DNA of 63,500 nucleotides, filler included, from 7 parts of 7 records of this genome joined end to end with filler, not necessarily neighbours in it, one strand, 5' to 3'; numbered from the whole stretch's first letter, positions 9,067-19,309 are shown. Numbers and translations are program-made. The notes: generated by a model not told the origin, from the letters alone.

Positions 9067-9936
9067 ATGTCTGGAATTGGTTTCATCGGATTGGGTTGGA
9101 TGGGTGATCCCATGAGCAGGAATATTGTAAAAGCCGGATTTGAGTTGACTGTTTACGACATCCGAAAGGAAGCGGTGGAGGGTCTGGCAGAGGCGGGGGC
9201 AAATGCTGCCGATGATATAAGAAGCATGGCTGGTTGCGATCCAATATTTATCATTGTTCAAACCGGCGACCAGGCGGCGGCGGTTATCGACGAGCTTGCT
9301 CAAGGTATGGAAAAAGGGATTGAAAAAACTATTGTCATCATGTCCACGGTCACTCCGAAGCTTGTAAAGGATTTAGCGGCCAAATACGAACCCATGGGTA
9401 TGCGGTTTTTGGACGCCCCGGTTAGCGGGGCCCCGATTGTGGCCCAATTGGGCACGCTTAGTATTATGGTTGGAGGGGAGGAGAGCGGCTATCAAAAGGC
9501 GCTTCCATATTTTAAAGCCATGGGACAAAGCATAGTCCACCTGGGCGGGCTTGGCGCCGGGTTGACCATGAAACTGGTTAATAACCTGGTCGCCCTGGCC
9601 AATGCCTACATATTGCCTGAAGCTTTGAGGTTGGGTCTGGCCGGGGGCCTGGATGCGGGTGAAATGGTTAAAGTCATTAAAGCCAGTTCCGGGAGCAACT
9701 GGTTGGTCGAAAACTGGCCGATGTACATAACCCTATTAAGCATTGTGGCTAACGATCCTGCCCAGCAGGATAATTTCGAACTAATCGCGGGCAAGGATTT
9801 AAAGGCCGTAACGGATTGGGTTGAAGAGATAGGCGTGGATTCTCCCATTGCAGGCTGGGTGAGGTCCATTGTCGAGGAAGGAAAGCTTATCGACCAGGAC
9901 CTGTTTGGGAAAATAGCCTCGGCCAAGGTTGATTAA
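9067..9936 (+). CDS. NAD(P)-dependent oxidoreductase, 3-hydroxyisobutyrate dehydrogenase/beta-hydroxyacid family
   Basis: IGFIGLGWMG, DAPVSG, MKLVNN catalytic Lys; AAGGAGG RBS before ATG 9067. Confidence 0.9.
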   Translation: MSGIGFIGLGWMGDPMSRNIVKAGFELTVYDIRKEAVEGLAEAGANAADDIRSMAGCDPIFIIVQTGDQAAAVIDELAQGMEKGIEKTIVIMSTVTPKLVKDLAAKYEPMGMRFLDAPVSGAPIVAQLGTLSIMVGGEESGYQKALPYFKAMGQSIVHLGGLGAGLTMKLVNNLVALANAYILPEALRLGLAGGLDAGEMVKVIKASSGSNWLVENWPMYITLLSIVANDPAQQDNFELIAGKDLKAVTDWVEEIGVDSPIAGWVRSIVEEGKLIDQDLFGKIASAKVD

Positions 9937-10682
9937 GTCATCTGCCGCTCCGAAGATTTTTCCATTTCTTCTATCATGCGACAGTAGTTTTTCACGGCCA
10001 TGGTCTGCAGGATTCTACCAAGTTCTTTTGAAGCCCCGGCCTGGTCGGCGTTCATCAGCCCTGTTTCTGTTGAATAACGGTCGGCCAGGTTGTTGCTGAC
10101 CGTAAAAGAGTACCCGGAAAATTCCCTGGACAATCGTTCATTTACGACCAGGTTTTCATCTATGTTCATTATAAGTGATACTTCGGCGGCGCAGCCGTGC
10201 CCGATAGGCCCGCCTAATTCGGTCACGGCTTTTTCAGCAATATCTTTTATTGTCCACCAGTTGGCCCAGTTAATTTTCATGTCGTCCAGCCGATGGCAGC
10301 ATTCAATAACTGCGTTTTTGACCGCCCCGTCATTTCCCCCGTGTCCATTAATCAAAAGAAAATTCCTGAAACCGTGCCGGTGCAGGGAAGTAATGAACTC
10401 AATTATCATGCTGGTAAAGGTTGCCGTGCTGAATGAAATCGTGCCCTTGAAATTCATATGAGGAATAAGGGAGATTCCGGGAGACAGGGCCGGGGCGACG
10501 AGCCTGCCCATGGTTTTTGCCGTCTCAAGGGCCAGGCTTTGGGCGATCATGACGTCGGTTCCCAGGGGCATGGCCGGGCCGTGTTGTTCCACGGCGCCCA
10601 GGGGTATGATAACGGTTTGGCATCCTGAAAGGTAGGCTTCGACGTCCGGCCAGGTTAATTCGGCAAGGTTTAAAGATCGCAA
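9933..10682 (-). CDS. Creatininase/MftE family amidohydrolase
   Basis: PLGAVEQHGP.MPLGTD, NGHGGN, HG..AEVS motifs. Confidence 0.9.
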   Translation of the reverse strand: MRSLNLAELTWPDVEAYLSGCQTVIIPLGAVEQHGPAMPLGTDVMIAQSLALETAKTMGRLVAPALSPGISLIPHMNFKGTISFSTATFTSMIIEFITSLHRHGFRNFLLINGHGGNDGAVKNAVIECCHRLDDMKINWANWWTIKDIAEKAVTELGGPIGHGCAAEVSLIMNIDENLVVNERLSREFSGYSFTVSNNLADRYSTETGLMNADQAGASKELGRILQTMAVKNYCRMIEEMEKSSERQMT

Positions 10683-10688
10683 TTCTTT

Positions 10689-11720
10689 TTATCCATTATA
10701 ATAATCAGCCATGAGGCTGTCGATTTCCTGTTTGCGGTGGCAGGCGGCCAGGTGCCCTTCTCCGGCGTCTTCCAGAAGAGGTTCCAAATTTTTGCATTGG
10801 TCGATAACAAATGGGCAGCGGGTGTGAAAGCGGCAGCCGTCGGGCGGATTGACCGGGTTGGGCACGTCTCCGGTAAGGACCATGCGCTTGGTTTTGTGCT
10901 CCATGTCCGGTATGGGGATGCCGGATAACAGTGCGTTGGTGTACGGGTGCAACGGCCTGTTGAACAGGTCGTCGGTTTCCGATATTTCGACTATCTTGCC
11001 CAGGTACATGACTGCTGTCCGGTGGCTGATGTATTTTACCACCAGGAGATGATGAGTAACGAAAAGATAAGTCAGGTTAAGGGATTCCTGCAGGTTTTTG
11101 AGCAGGTTCAATATCTGGGCCTGGACCGACACGTCCAGTGCGGAAGTCGGTTCATCCAGGACCAGAAATTCCGGATCCGTTGCAATGGCGCGAGCCACGG
11201 CTATTCTCTGTCGCTGCCCGCCGGAAAATTCATGAGGGTAGCGTAATAGATGATCTCTTGATAAACCAACCATTTCGAGCAGACCGATCACCCTTTTTTC
11301 CATGTCCCGGCTGCTCATTTTTTCATATTCCTTGATGGGCTCGGCAATAATGTTTTTGACCAGCATTCTGGGATTCAGAGATGTAGTAGGGTCCTGGAAG
11401 ACCATTTGCAGTTTCCCGCGGATTTTCTTTCTCTTTAGTTCGGACCTGCTGACGGCGGCGATATCGATCCGGTCGTCCTGCCGCCCGTTCTTTTTGGAAT
11501 AAAATATATTTCCTTCCGTGGGGTCGTGGAGCCGGATTATGGCTTTGCCGGTGGTCGTTTTTCCGCATCCGGATTCACCGACCAGGCCGAGGCATTCACC
11601 CCTGCGAATATCCAGATCGACCCCGTCCAGAGCTTTTACCGAGTTTAGCTCGCGGCGGAAAACACCGCCAAGTATGGGGTAGTATTTTTTCAGATCCCTC
11701 AGTTCCAGAATGGAGTCCAT
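10689..11720 (-). CDS. Oligopeptide/dipeptide ABC transporter ATP-binding protein (OppF/DppF type)
   Basis: GESGCGKTT, FSGGQRQR, LDEPTSALD, C-terminal GCRFHTRCP. Confidence 0.93.
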   Translation of the reverse strand: MDSILELRDLKKYYPILGGVFRRELNSVKALDGVDLDIRRGECLGLVGESGCGKTTTGKAIIRLHDPTEGNIFYSKKNGRQDDRIDIAAVSRSELKRKKIRGKLQMVFQDPTTSLNPRMLVKNIIAEPIKEYEKMSSRDMEKRVIGLLEMVGLSRDHLLRYPHEFSGGQRQRIAVARAIATDPEFLVLDEPTSALDVSVQAQILNLLKNLQESLNLTYLFVTHHLLVVKYISHRTAVMYLGKIVEISETDDLFNRPLHPYTNALLSGIPIPDMEHKTKRMVLTGDVPNPVNPPDGCRFHTRCPFVIDQCKNLEPLLEDAGEGHLAACHRKQEIDSLMADYYNG

Positions 11721-11729
11721 GCCTTGGGA

Positions 11730-12923
11730 TTATCCTTTCCCTGTGATACCCTGTATCTTGCTACGGGCAGCTTCATTATATAAGTAACAGGCCGTGAAAT
11801 GGTTTTCTTCAACTTCAACCAGCACCGGTTCTTCACGGCTGCAGATTTCCATGACATGGGGGCAGCGCGGGTGAAAGCGGCAGCCGGAGGGCGGGTTGAC
11901 CAGGTTGGGAACCGAGCCTTCTATACTTTTAAGTTCCCCTTCGATTGAGAACTTGGGGACGGAATCGAGAAGAGCCCTGGTATATGGATGTAAAGGCTTG
12001 TTGAATACGGCGTTTACATCCGCCACTTCACAGAGGCCGCCGGCATACATGACCCCGACCTTGTCGCATGTTTCGGCGACCACGCCCAGGTCGTGGGTTA
12101 TAAGTAAAATTGAAGAAATAACTTCTATTTTAAGCCTGCGTAAAAGGTCAAGTATCTGGGCCTGTATGGTTACGTCCAGGTTTGAAGTTGCTTCATCGGC
12201 AATCAGCAGCACCGGGTTGCAGGCCAGGGCGATGGCAATAACGATGCGCTGTTTCATTCCGCCGGACAGGTTGTGAGGATAAAGCTTTACAATCTGTTCG
12301 GCATTGGGAATGCCAAGCTTGCTGACGATTTCGGTGGATCTGCGCAGGGCTTCCTTTTTAAGCCTCATCTGCCAGCGTTTTAATATCGGAAATTTACTCA
12401 TCAAGCCGAGCATGATGTCGTCCGGATTTTTAGCACCTTTTTCATGGATAAATTCCAGGTATTTTTTCCAGGGGCCGAAAACCTTACAATCCGGGCCGTG
12501 GAGGTATTCAAGAATGCCGGCGCACATTTGGCCTTTTTGATGAAAAAGAAAACTTTCGCTGATCTGATCGCCGATGCTCATGGTTGGATTAAGAGCGGCG
12601 TTGGGCTCCTGAAAGATCATGGAGATGCGGTCGCCTCTGAGTTTTTCCATAAAAGCTTCGGATTGGCGGAGCAGGTCTATGCCGGTTTCCTTATTTTTTT
12701 CATCAAGGTAGACCACGACCTTCCCGCCTTCGATGCGCCCGGGCTCCTGCACGATTCGCATTATGGAGCGCACGGTCACGCTTTTGCCGCAGCCCGATTC
12801 ACCGACCAGGCCGAAGGTTGAGCCATGTTCGACGACAATGCTGACCTTGTTAAGTGCTTTTACAACTCCTTCGTAGGTGTAAAAATTAGTGACCAGGTTT
12901 TCGGTTTCCAATAATCTTGACAT
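11730..12923 (-). CDS. Oligopeptide/dipeptide ABC transporter ATP-binding protein (OppD/DppD type) with a large insertion
   Basis: GESGCGKS, LSGGMKQR, ADEATSNLD, GCRFHPRCP. Confidence 0.92.
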   Translation of the reverse strand: MSRLLETENLVTNFYTYEGVVKALNKVSIVVEHGSTFGLVGESGCGKSVTVRSIMRIVQEPGRIEGGKVVVYLDEKNKETGIDLLRQSEAFMEKLRGDRISMIFQEPNAALNPTMSIGDQISESFLFHQKGQMCAGILEYLHGPDCKVFGPWKKYLEFIHEKGAKNPDDIMLGLMSKFPILKRWQMRLKKEALRRSTEIVSKLGIPNAEQIVKLYPHNLSGGMKQRIVIAIALACNPVLLIADEATSNLDVTIQAQILDLLRRLKIEVISSILLITHDLGVVAETCDKVGVMYAGGLCEVADVNAVFNKPLHPYTRALLDSVPKFSIEGELKSIEGSVPNLVNPPSGCRFHPRCPHVMEICSREEPVLVEVEENHFTACYLYNEAARSKIQGITGKG

Positions 12924-12928
12924 GGTCG

Positions 12929-13698
12929 TTACCTGCGGCGGAGTTTCGGGTCAAAGGCGTCGCGCAGGGCGTCGCCGATAAGGTTCCAGCTAAGGACGAA
13001 TAGAATGATACAGCCGCCGGGTATGACGATGGTGTACCAGAACTTGAAAGGATCGTCCGGCGGACCGACAATGTAGTTTCTGGCCAGGGCGACCATTTGT
13101 CCCCAGTCCGAGTACCCCTTGGGCGCCCCCAGACCTATGAAGCTCATAAAGCTGACCGTGATGACCATGGAGCCCATGTCCATGGAGGCCATGATCAGGA
13201 CCGGGTAGATGGCGTTGGGAATGATATGGCGGACTATAATTTTGAGGTCGGAAACGCCCATGATTTTTGCGGCCTGGACAAAATCCTGGTCCCTGAGGGT
13301 CAGGATTTCGGAACGTATGACCCGGACGTACCAGCGCCATTGGAGCAGGACCAGGGCGATCATGACATTGTCCAGGTCCCGGCCCAGGGCCACGACAATG
13401 GCCATGGCCAAAACAAGGGTTGGTACGGCCCAGATCACGTCCGTAAGTCGCATCAAAATTTCGTCTATTATGCCTCCGTAATACCCGGCGATGGAACCCA
13501 GGCTTATACCGATAAGGGCGGAAATACCCACAACGAACAGTCCGATGCGAAAGGCCGTTCTCGTTCCCCAGACCACCCCGTAATAGATGTCATACTGGCC
13601 CGAAGTAGTTCCGAATATGAACTTTTCGCTTGGCGGTTTGGGCGTGGGGGAAAAGCCTTTGTGGGGCATCATGTAAGGGGCGTGTTCGTACTTGGGCG
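12929..13698 (-). CDS. Oligopeptide ABC transporter permease (OppC/DppC type), 5' truncated
   Basis: Multiple TM segments, DFVQAAKIMGVS (EAA-like loop), GDALRDAFDP. Confidence 0.9.
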
Positions 13699-13798
13699 NN
13701 NNNNNNNNNNNNNNNNNNNNNNNNNNNNNNNNNNNNNNNNNNTTAATTAATTAANNNNNNNNNNNNNNNNNNNNNNNNNNNNNNNNNNNNNNNNNNNN
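13699..13798. other. Artificial contig-joining spacer
   Basis: Same 100-nt N/TTAATTAATTAA block. Confidence 0.98.
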
Positions 13799-13881
13799 CT
13801 GATCCAATGATTAATAATCAATTACTTACGAGACATTACACCTCAAACACTATGTCGCAGTCTTTCATGATACGCTTTTTT

Positions 13882-13967
13882 CTCAGTGTTTCTGAGTGAG
13901 CTAAGTGCCTGAGCGGTTGATAGAAAGATTTTACCACCAAGACACAAGGACACTAAGATTCACCAAG
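13882..13967. repeat. Degenerate 8-10-bp tandem repeats in two inverted blocks
   Basis: ctcagtg/ctgagtg/ctaagtg/ctgagcg block faces caccaag/cacaagg/cactaag/caccaag block. Confidence 0.5.
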
Positions 13968-14042
13968 TTGTTTAACAATGCGACATTTAAAATTATGATG
14001 CCTCAGGAGTTCTGAAACTACATTTGTAATCAGATCTTTCAG

Positions 14043-15584
14043 TTATTTTGATACCCTTTCGAGCCATTTGAGCATGAAGAGCATCATGGCCATCGAAATC
14101 AAACAAACACCAACAAACACACTCCATGTAATCCACAAAGGAATAGAGGTATATAAAATAGCACCAATAAACAACAATTGGTTACCGAGCGCTGTGGCAC
14201 CAAGCCATCCACCCTGCATCAGTCCCTGATACTGCGGAGGAGCAACTTTGGAAACAAAGGCAATACCCAACGGACTGATAAACAGCTCAGCCACCGTTAA
14301 AATAAAGTACGTACCCAACAGCAGCAATGGTGTAACTTTTTGCGCATTATCCAGTGGTGTTCCGCCAAGCTCAGGATTGATGGTGGTAAAATCTGGCAGT
14401 CCCAATGATCCCAATGACATGAGCGCATAAGCAGATGCTGCGATCAACATCCCAATGGCAATTTTCTTGGGCACCGAAGGTTCGATCCCTTTATGTTTAA
14501 GCCATCCGAAGAAAGCAATAATTACAGGTGTAAGAAATACCACAAAGAACGGGTTCATGGCCTGGAAGGATTCAACACTTAGTGACACTCCGGCAAAATT
14601 CAGTAACGTATAATCCCGGGCGAAGAATGTAAGTGTTAAACCATTTTGATGAAACGAGAACCAAAAGAAAATAACAACACCGTAAACAGCCAATAAAGCA
14701 TAAATACGCTGACGTACTTCTTTGATGTCCATTTCAACAGGTCTTGATTCGCCTTTTGATTCATCATGCTTTGCTGCAGCATTTGCAGGATCCGGAAACC
14801 ACTTCTTGTTGGCTATATAAATGACAAACGAAATGCCCATGGCAATAATCGCCACACCAAAAGCATAGTGGAAGCCTTCGGTAAAAATGTTCAGATAATT
14901 ATTGGCAAATGCTGTGAGGTCTGTTACAGGAGCTGCACTGATGGTTGCCTCGTTGGCCCAGGTCTGGAATTTATCAGCAGATTCGGCTGAAATTGTGCCT
15001 TTTAGTTGGGCATGGCAGAGTGAGGGCAATTCAGCATTGTAAAGGAATCCTTTTTGCTGGAGCCACCAGGTTCTTATGCCGGGAGCAATAAACGGGGCAA
15101 TTACAGCACCAACATTTATAAACATGTAAAAAATCTGGAATCCTGAGCCTCTTTTGTCATCACTATAGTTACCCCTGTCGTACATCTGGCCAACAAGTGC
15201 TTGAAGATTTCCTTTAAATAATCCATTACCAAAGGCAATTACGAACAAGCCAATAAGAGTCATGGTAAGATAAATTGCCATGTTTGGAACCGGAGTTGGG
15301 GTGGGAATGGCCATCATAAAATATCCCAGTGCCATCACGATCAAACCTATCAGGATGGTTCTTTTGAAGTTTTTGGTCTTGTCGGCAATAACACCACCTA
15401 CCAGCGATAAAATATAAATAAGGGCATAAAACGTTGCATAAATAATACCGGTGGTTGTTTCATTCAGGCCAAATTTTGCTGTAATAAATAGTGATAAAAT
15501 TGCCATCATGGTATAAAAACCAAACCGCTCACCCATATTTGCGAGGGCCGCAGCAATCAATCCTTTGGGATGTCCTTTAAACAT
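14043..15584 (-). CDS. POT/PTR family proton-dependent oligopeptide MFS transporter
   Basis: GHPKGL, ERFGFY, GNGLFKGN, FYMFINVG, AELFISPLG. Confidence 0.93.
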   Translation of the reverse strand: MFKGHPKGLIAAALANMGERFGFYTMMAILSLFITAKFGLNETTTGIIYATFYALIYILSLVGGVIADKTKNFKRTILIGLIVMALGYFMMAIPTPTPVPNMAIYLTMTLIGLFVIAFGNGLFKGNLQALVGQMYDRGNYSDDKRGSGFQIFYMFINVGAVIAPFIAPGIRTWWLQQKGFLYNAELPSLCHAQLKGTISAESADKFQTWANEATISAAPVTDLTAFANNYLNIFTEGFHYAFGVAIIAMGISFVIYIANKKWFPDPANAAAKHDESKGESRPVEMDIKEVRQRIYALLAVYGVVIFFWFSFHQNGLTLTFFARDYTLLNFAGVSLSVESFQAMNPFFVVFLTPVIIAFFGWLKHKGIEPSVPKKIAIGMLIAASAYALMSLGSLGLPDFTTINPELGGTPLDNAQKVTPLLLLGTYFILTVAELFISPLGIAFVSKVAPPQYQGLMQGGWLGATALGNQLLFIGAILYTSIPLWITWSVFVGVCLISMAMMLFMLKWLERVSK

Positions 15585-15756
15585 AATCTTTAATTTTGGT
15601 TAATAATTTTCTATTTGATTAATATTGAACTCGCTAAATGTTAAAGAGTGCAAAAATAATTAAAAATGGATGCTGCCAAACTTAGAACAAGTAAATATTA
15701 TTTTCATTTGATATTCAATGTTTTAAACGAAATTCATCAATAAAATTCTCTCATTT

Positions 15757-15782
15757 TGTAATAGGCTTATCACTTAATCGTC
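15757..15782 (+). promoter_or_regulatory. Putative ECF-sigma (auto)promoter TGTAAT-N16-CGTC
   Basis: ECF-type -35/-10 geometry just upstream of the ECF sigma ATG. Confidence 0.45.
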
Positions 15783-15792
15783 TCCACAGCAA

Positions 15793-16320
15793 ATGACGCA
15801 ACACGAGTTTGTAAGCAGGGTGCTGCCCATCAAAGATAAACTGTACAGGTTGGCAAGGAGAATCCTCAATGCTACCGAAGCTGAGGATATCGTTCAGGAC
15901 GTGTTTTACAGGCTTTGGGCCAGGAAAGGTGAAATCGGGAAATATAAAAGCCTGGAGGCTTTTGCCATGGTGGTTACCCGAAATCTTTGCCTAGACAGGA
16001 TTAAATTGAAATCGTACAGAAATGAAGACCTGACAGAATGGAATCAACCTGTTGATGATCATGACCCGGAAAGAACTGCAGAGCTGAAAAATGATGTTGA
16101 AATGATTCACCAGGTGATGAAAACCCTGCCGGAGCAACAAAGATCGATATTGCAGATGCGTGACATTGAGGAGATGGAATTTGATGAGATAAGTGAGGCG
16201 ATGGAAATGAATGTAAATGCTGTTAGGGTTAATTTATCAAGAGCCCGGAAAACAGTTCGGGATCAAATAAGAAAAATACATGATTATGAATACAACCGAA
16301 ATAAAAATATTGCTGGATAA
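15793..16320 (+). CDS. ECF (sigma-70 group 4) sigma factor
   Basis: AEDIVQDVF region 2, LPEQQR...EISE...VRVNLSRARK region 4. Confidence 0.92.
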   Translation: MTQHEFVSRVLPIKDKLYRLARRILNATEAEDIVQDVFYRLWARKGEIGKYKSLEAFAMVVTRNLCLDRIKLKSYRNEDLTEWNQPVDDHDPERTAELKNDVEMIHQVMKTLPEQQRSILQMRDIEEMEFDEISEAMEMNVNAVRVNLSRARKTVRDQIRKIHDYEYNRNKNIAG

Positions 16321-16891
16321 ATATTACGAGGGTGAAACCACACTGGATGAAGAGAAAATTCTCCGGTCGTATTTTACCTCTGAAAATGTTGATGCTGAGC
16401 TGGCTGAGCACATTCCTTTGTTTGGATATCAGGCCAGCGAGGCAAATGTTACTGCGCCCTCCATTACGGAGCAGGAACTGATCGATACTTTAAGCCATGG
16501 TCAAAAAATACCATTTTATCAGAATCGAAATTTTTGGATGTATTTTTCGGGTATAGCTGCCAGTTTGCTCTTTATCGCCTCATTGATTTTTGAAACACAA
16601 TTGCAGACCAATCCCGATAACAACCTCAACAGTACCCAATATTCTAAATTGGAAACCCGCAGGGCTTATGAGCAAACAAAAACCGCACTTGCCTATGTTT
16701 CAAACAAATACACCACAGGTACAGAGCCACTTGGGGAAATTTCCAAATTTGGAAACAGCACAATAGCGGCTGTTGAACTTGCCCGTTTCAACAACCAGCT
16801 TAAAAACATCAACACCAACATCGCTAAAGTTAACGATGGTGTTGACAATCTTAGTAATCTATCAAAATTCACAATAATAGTTAAACCATAA
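16280..16891 (+). CDS. Putative anti-sigma factor (single TM)
   Basis: LLDKYYEGETTLDEE N-terminus, SGIAASLL TM, overlaps the sigma gene. Confidence 0.75.
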   Translation: MIMNTTEIKILLDKYYEGETTLDEEKILRSYFTSENVDAELAEHIPLFGYQASEANVTAPSITEQELIDTLSHGQKIPFYQNRNFWMYFSGIAASLLFIASLIFETQLQTNPDNNLNSTQYSKLETRRAYEQTKTALAYVSNKYTTGTEPLGEISKFGNSTIAAVELARFNNQLKNINTNIAKVNDGVDNLSNLSKFTIIVKP

Positions 16892-16903
16892 AAAGTAAAA
16901 ATT

Positions 16904-17449
16904 ATGAAACAAGTAATGAATTCAATCTTAGCAGTAGCATTTTTGCTGATGTCGTTCAGCGTTGCTGCTCAAAGTCCCACGGACGACCTTTTTGATGAAT
17001 ATGGTGCGAAGGATGGGTTTACCACGGTTCATGTAACCAAAGAGTTGTTCAGCCTCTTTGCTGAAATTTCAGAAGAGTCGGAAGATGCTGAAGTACAGGA
17101 AATAAATGATGTGGTTTCAAATTTGGATTACATCAGGATATTGATGTTTGACGGCAGCAATGACTCAGCGAAAGGTGATGTGCTGAACGACTTTAAATCG
17201 GAATTAAACAAAGTTCAGCTTAACGATTTCACGGAATTGATGACAGTGAGGGAAGGCGATGAAATGGTGAAATTTATGATCCATAAGGAGGGTAAGAAAA
17301 TTAAAGAGTTGCTCCTTTTGATCAACCAACCCGACGAAGCCGGATTTATCAGCATCACAGGGAACATCGACCTTAAGTCGATCGCTAAACTTTCCAAATC
17401 GATGAACATAGATGGTCTGGATGAATTACGGCGTCTTGACGACGAATAA
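16904..17449 (+). CDS. DUF4252-family periplasmic protein
   Basis: Signal peptide; DGFTTVHVTKELF, ELMTVREG, ISITGNIDL; usual partner of this ECF class. Confidence 0.8.
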   Translation: MKQVMNSILAVAFLLMSFSVAAQSPTDDLFDEYGAKDGFTTVHVTKELFSLFAEISEESEDAEVQEINDVVSNLDYIRILMFDGSNDSAKGDVLNDFKSELNKVQLNDFTELMTVREGDEMVKFMIHKEGKKIKELLLLINQPDEAGFISITGNIDLKSIAKLSKSMNIDGLDELRRLDDE

Positions 17450-17469
17450 TAGTAGCAGCCATTACAAAG

Positions 17470-17506
17470 AAAATCCATGAATCCTGAGGGGTTCATGGAT
17501 TTTTTT
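17470..17506. terminator. Intrinsic terminator (bidirectional)
   Basis: AAAATCCATGAATC-ctgag-GGGTTCATGGATTTT followed by T run. Confidence 0.8.
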
Positions 17507-17793
17507 GTCAATTTTTAAATGCTTGATAACAGGCCAGTTCAAAGTTGAGCGTAGCAGATGATACACCCAGCTATCGCACGAAGCTGATGCGTTAGTCAAT
17601 TAAAGTGTATAAGGGTCTGACAAATAGGTATTTCAAATTCGGGCTATTGAAAATAGGACATGTTGTACTGAAGTCCAGTTTGGGCGTCTCTACTATCCGA
17701 TTTCCTAAGGGAAAAATTTAATACTTTGGAATCCTGTGATGAAATTGGAAATGACAATTAACTCAATAACTTTATAACCCAACAACTCATCTA

Positions 17794-18408
17794 CTAAAAC
17801 AACCCGTGCAGCTCCGCATTGATCTTGTCGATGATGGTACCGAGATCTTCTGGCTTGTCGGCGAAATTCAGGTTGTCGACGTTTACAATCAGTTTTTTAC
17901 CTTCATCGTAACCATTCATCCATTTTTCGTACCTGCCATTTAAGCTTTTCAGGTAATCGAGCCTGATGGATTCTTCATAATCCCGACCCCGTTTTTGAAT
18001 TTGATTTACCAGAGTCGGCACCGTTGCCCGTAGGTAAATGAGCAGGTCCGGCGGTTGAATAAAACTCACCATCAATTCGAAAAGTGAACGGTAATTGTCG
18101 AAATCCCGCGTGGGCATCAGGTTCATCTCGTGAAGGTTTGGCGCAAAAATGTGAGCATCCTCATAAATTGTACGATCCTGAATGACCTTTTTTCCGCTTT
18201 CCCTGATCTTTACAATCTGCCTGAACCTGTTGTTCAAAAAATAGATTTGAAGGTTAAACGACCAGCGGCGCATATCTTCGTAAAAACTATGCAGATATGG
18301 GTTGTCGTCCACTGATTCAAAGTGGGGTTCCCAGTTAAAATGTTTGGCCAGTAAAGATGTTAAAGTGGTTTTTCCGGAACCAATGTTCCCTGCTATGGCG
18401 ATATGCAT
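17794..18408 (-). CDS. Deoxynucleoside kinase
   Basis: IAGNIGSGKTT P-loop, QDRTIYED, IQKRGRDYE. Confidence 0.93.
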   Translation of the reverse strand: MHIAIAGNIGSGKTTLTSLLAKHFNWEPHFESVDDNPYLHSFYEDMRRWSFNLQIYFLNNRFRQIVKIRESGKKVIQDRTIYEDAHIFAPNLHEMNLMPTRDFDNYRSLFELMVSFIQPPDLLIYLRATVPTLVNQIQKRGRDYEESIRLDYLKSLNGRYEKWMNGYDEGKKLIVNVDNLNFADKPEDLGTIIDKINAELHGLF

Positions 18409-18484
18409 TATTGATGGATTTTGTCTGTTCGCTTTTTCCCTGCTAAAATAGCAAAGATATCCCTGAAACTGCTAATCAGAAAAA

Positions 18485-19294
18485 CTAATTTTCAACAATC
18501 GGCATTTTTATTACGTCAAGATTATGGGTTCCCGACACGTACATCATCAGGTTTTCTCCTTCGATGTTGACAGTTGCGGTTTTAAAAGGGCTAACGGGCA
18601 TGTCAAAGGTTCTTTGCGTGCCATTTTTAAGGTTGTAAACATTCGCTTTAAGTCCAAGCGTGTAATACAGATTGCCGTTATCAATCCTGAACTGACTGAT
18701 TCCTTTAAACGGTAAGGTTTCCAGGTAGTTTCCAACGGCATCAAAAATCAATACGCCATGCGAAGCATCAGCAATATAAACCCTGCCTTTGTAATCGACC
18801 ATAAAAGAGGACCTGATCGGGGCACCGGCAGATTTGGGGAGCTTTTCACCCTGTGTAATAAAATCGCCTTCGTCTGTAAGTTTGATTAATTTTTGATCTG
18901 ATTCATCAAAAATCCAAATATTATTATCTGTCGAGAGGCATGCAGCGGTGATGTTTTCGTATTCTTTCTCTTTCAGGAAAAATGGTTCGGGCTCTGTCCT
19001 GAAATATTGATTAAGCAGTGTGATTTTCTGGTCTTGTTTGTAGAACAGCAGTATTTTCTGCGGATTGGAAACATCAATGCTGTGCAATTTGGTGGTGTAA
19101 TAGTTGCTGTAGGAATACTCGATTTCGCCCTGGGGATTATACATTGTGATCTTGTTGCCTTCGACCACATAGAAATTTCCGGCTTCTCCCAGTTCAATTT
19201 GCGAAACACCAAAGTCTAATCTTAAGATACGTTCATGCTTTTCTCCTGATTGAAACAGGACCAGAAAACTGAAAATTAATAGCAATTGTTTCAT
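18485..19294 (-). CDS. Secreted hypothetical protein, probable beta-propeller
   Basis: Signal peptide; repeated beta-strand blades (NFYVV, KILLF, NIWIFD, RVYIAD). Confidence 0.7.
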   Translation of the reverse strand: MKQLLLIFSFLVLFQSGEKHERILRLDFGVSQIELGEAGNFYVVEGNKITMYNPQGEIEYSYSNYYTTKLHSIDVSNPQKILLFYKQDQKITLLNQYFRTEPEPFFLKEKEYENITAACLSTDNNIWIFDESDQKLIKLTDEGDFITQGEKLPKSAGAPIRSSFMVDYKGRVYIADASHGVLIFDAVGNYLETLPFKGISQFRIDNGNLYYTLGLKANVYNLKNGTQRTFDMPVSPFKTATVNIEGENLMMYVSGTHNLDVIKMPIVEN

Positions 19295-19309
19295 ATTTCA
19301 ATTCTAAAA

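Noticed and set aside
13097-13750. Long antisense ORFs over oppC, and similar ones over GH3, HTCS, sigma and other genes
   Set aside because: Shadow ORFs opposite well-supported genes.
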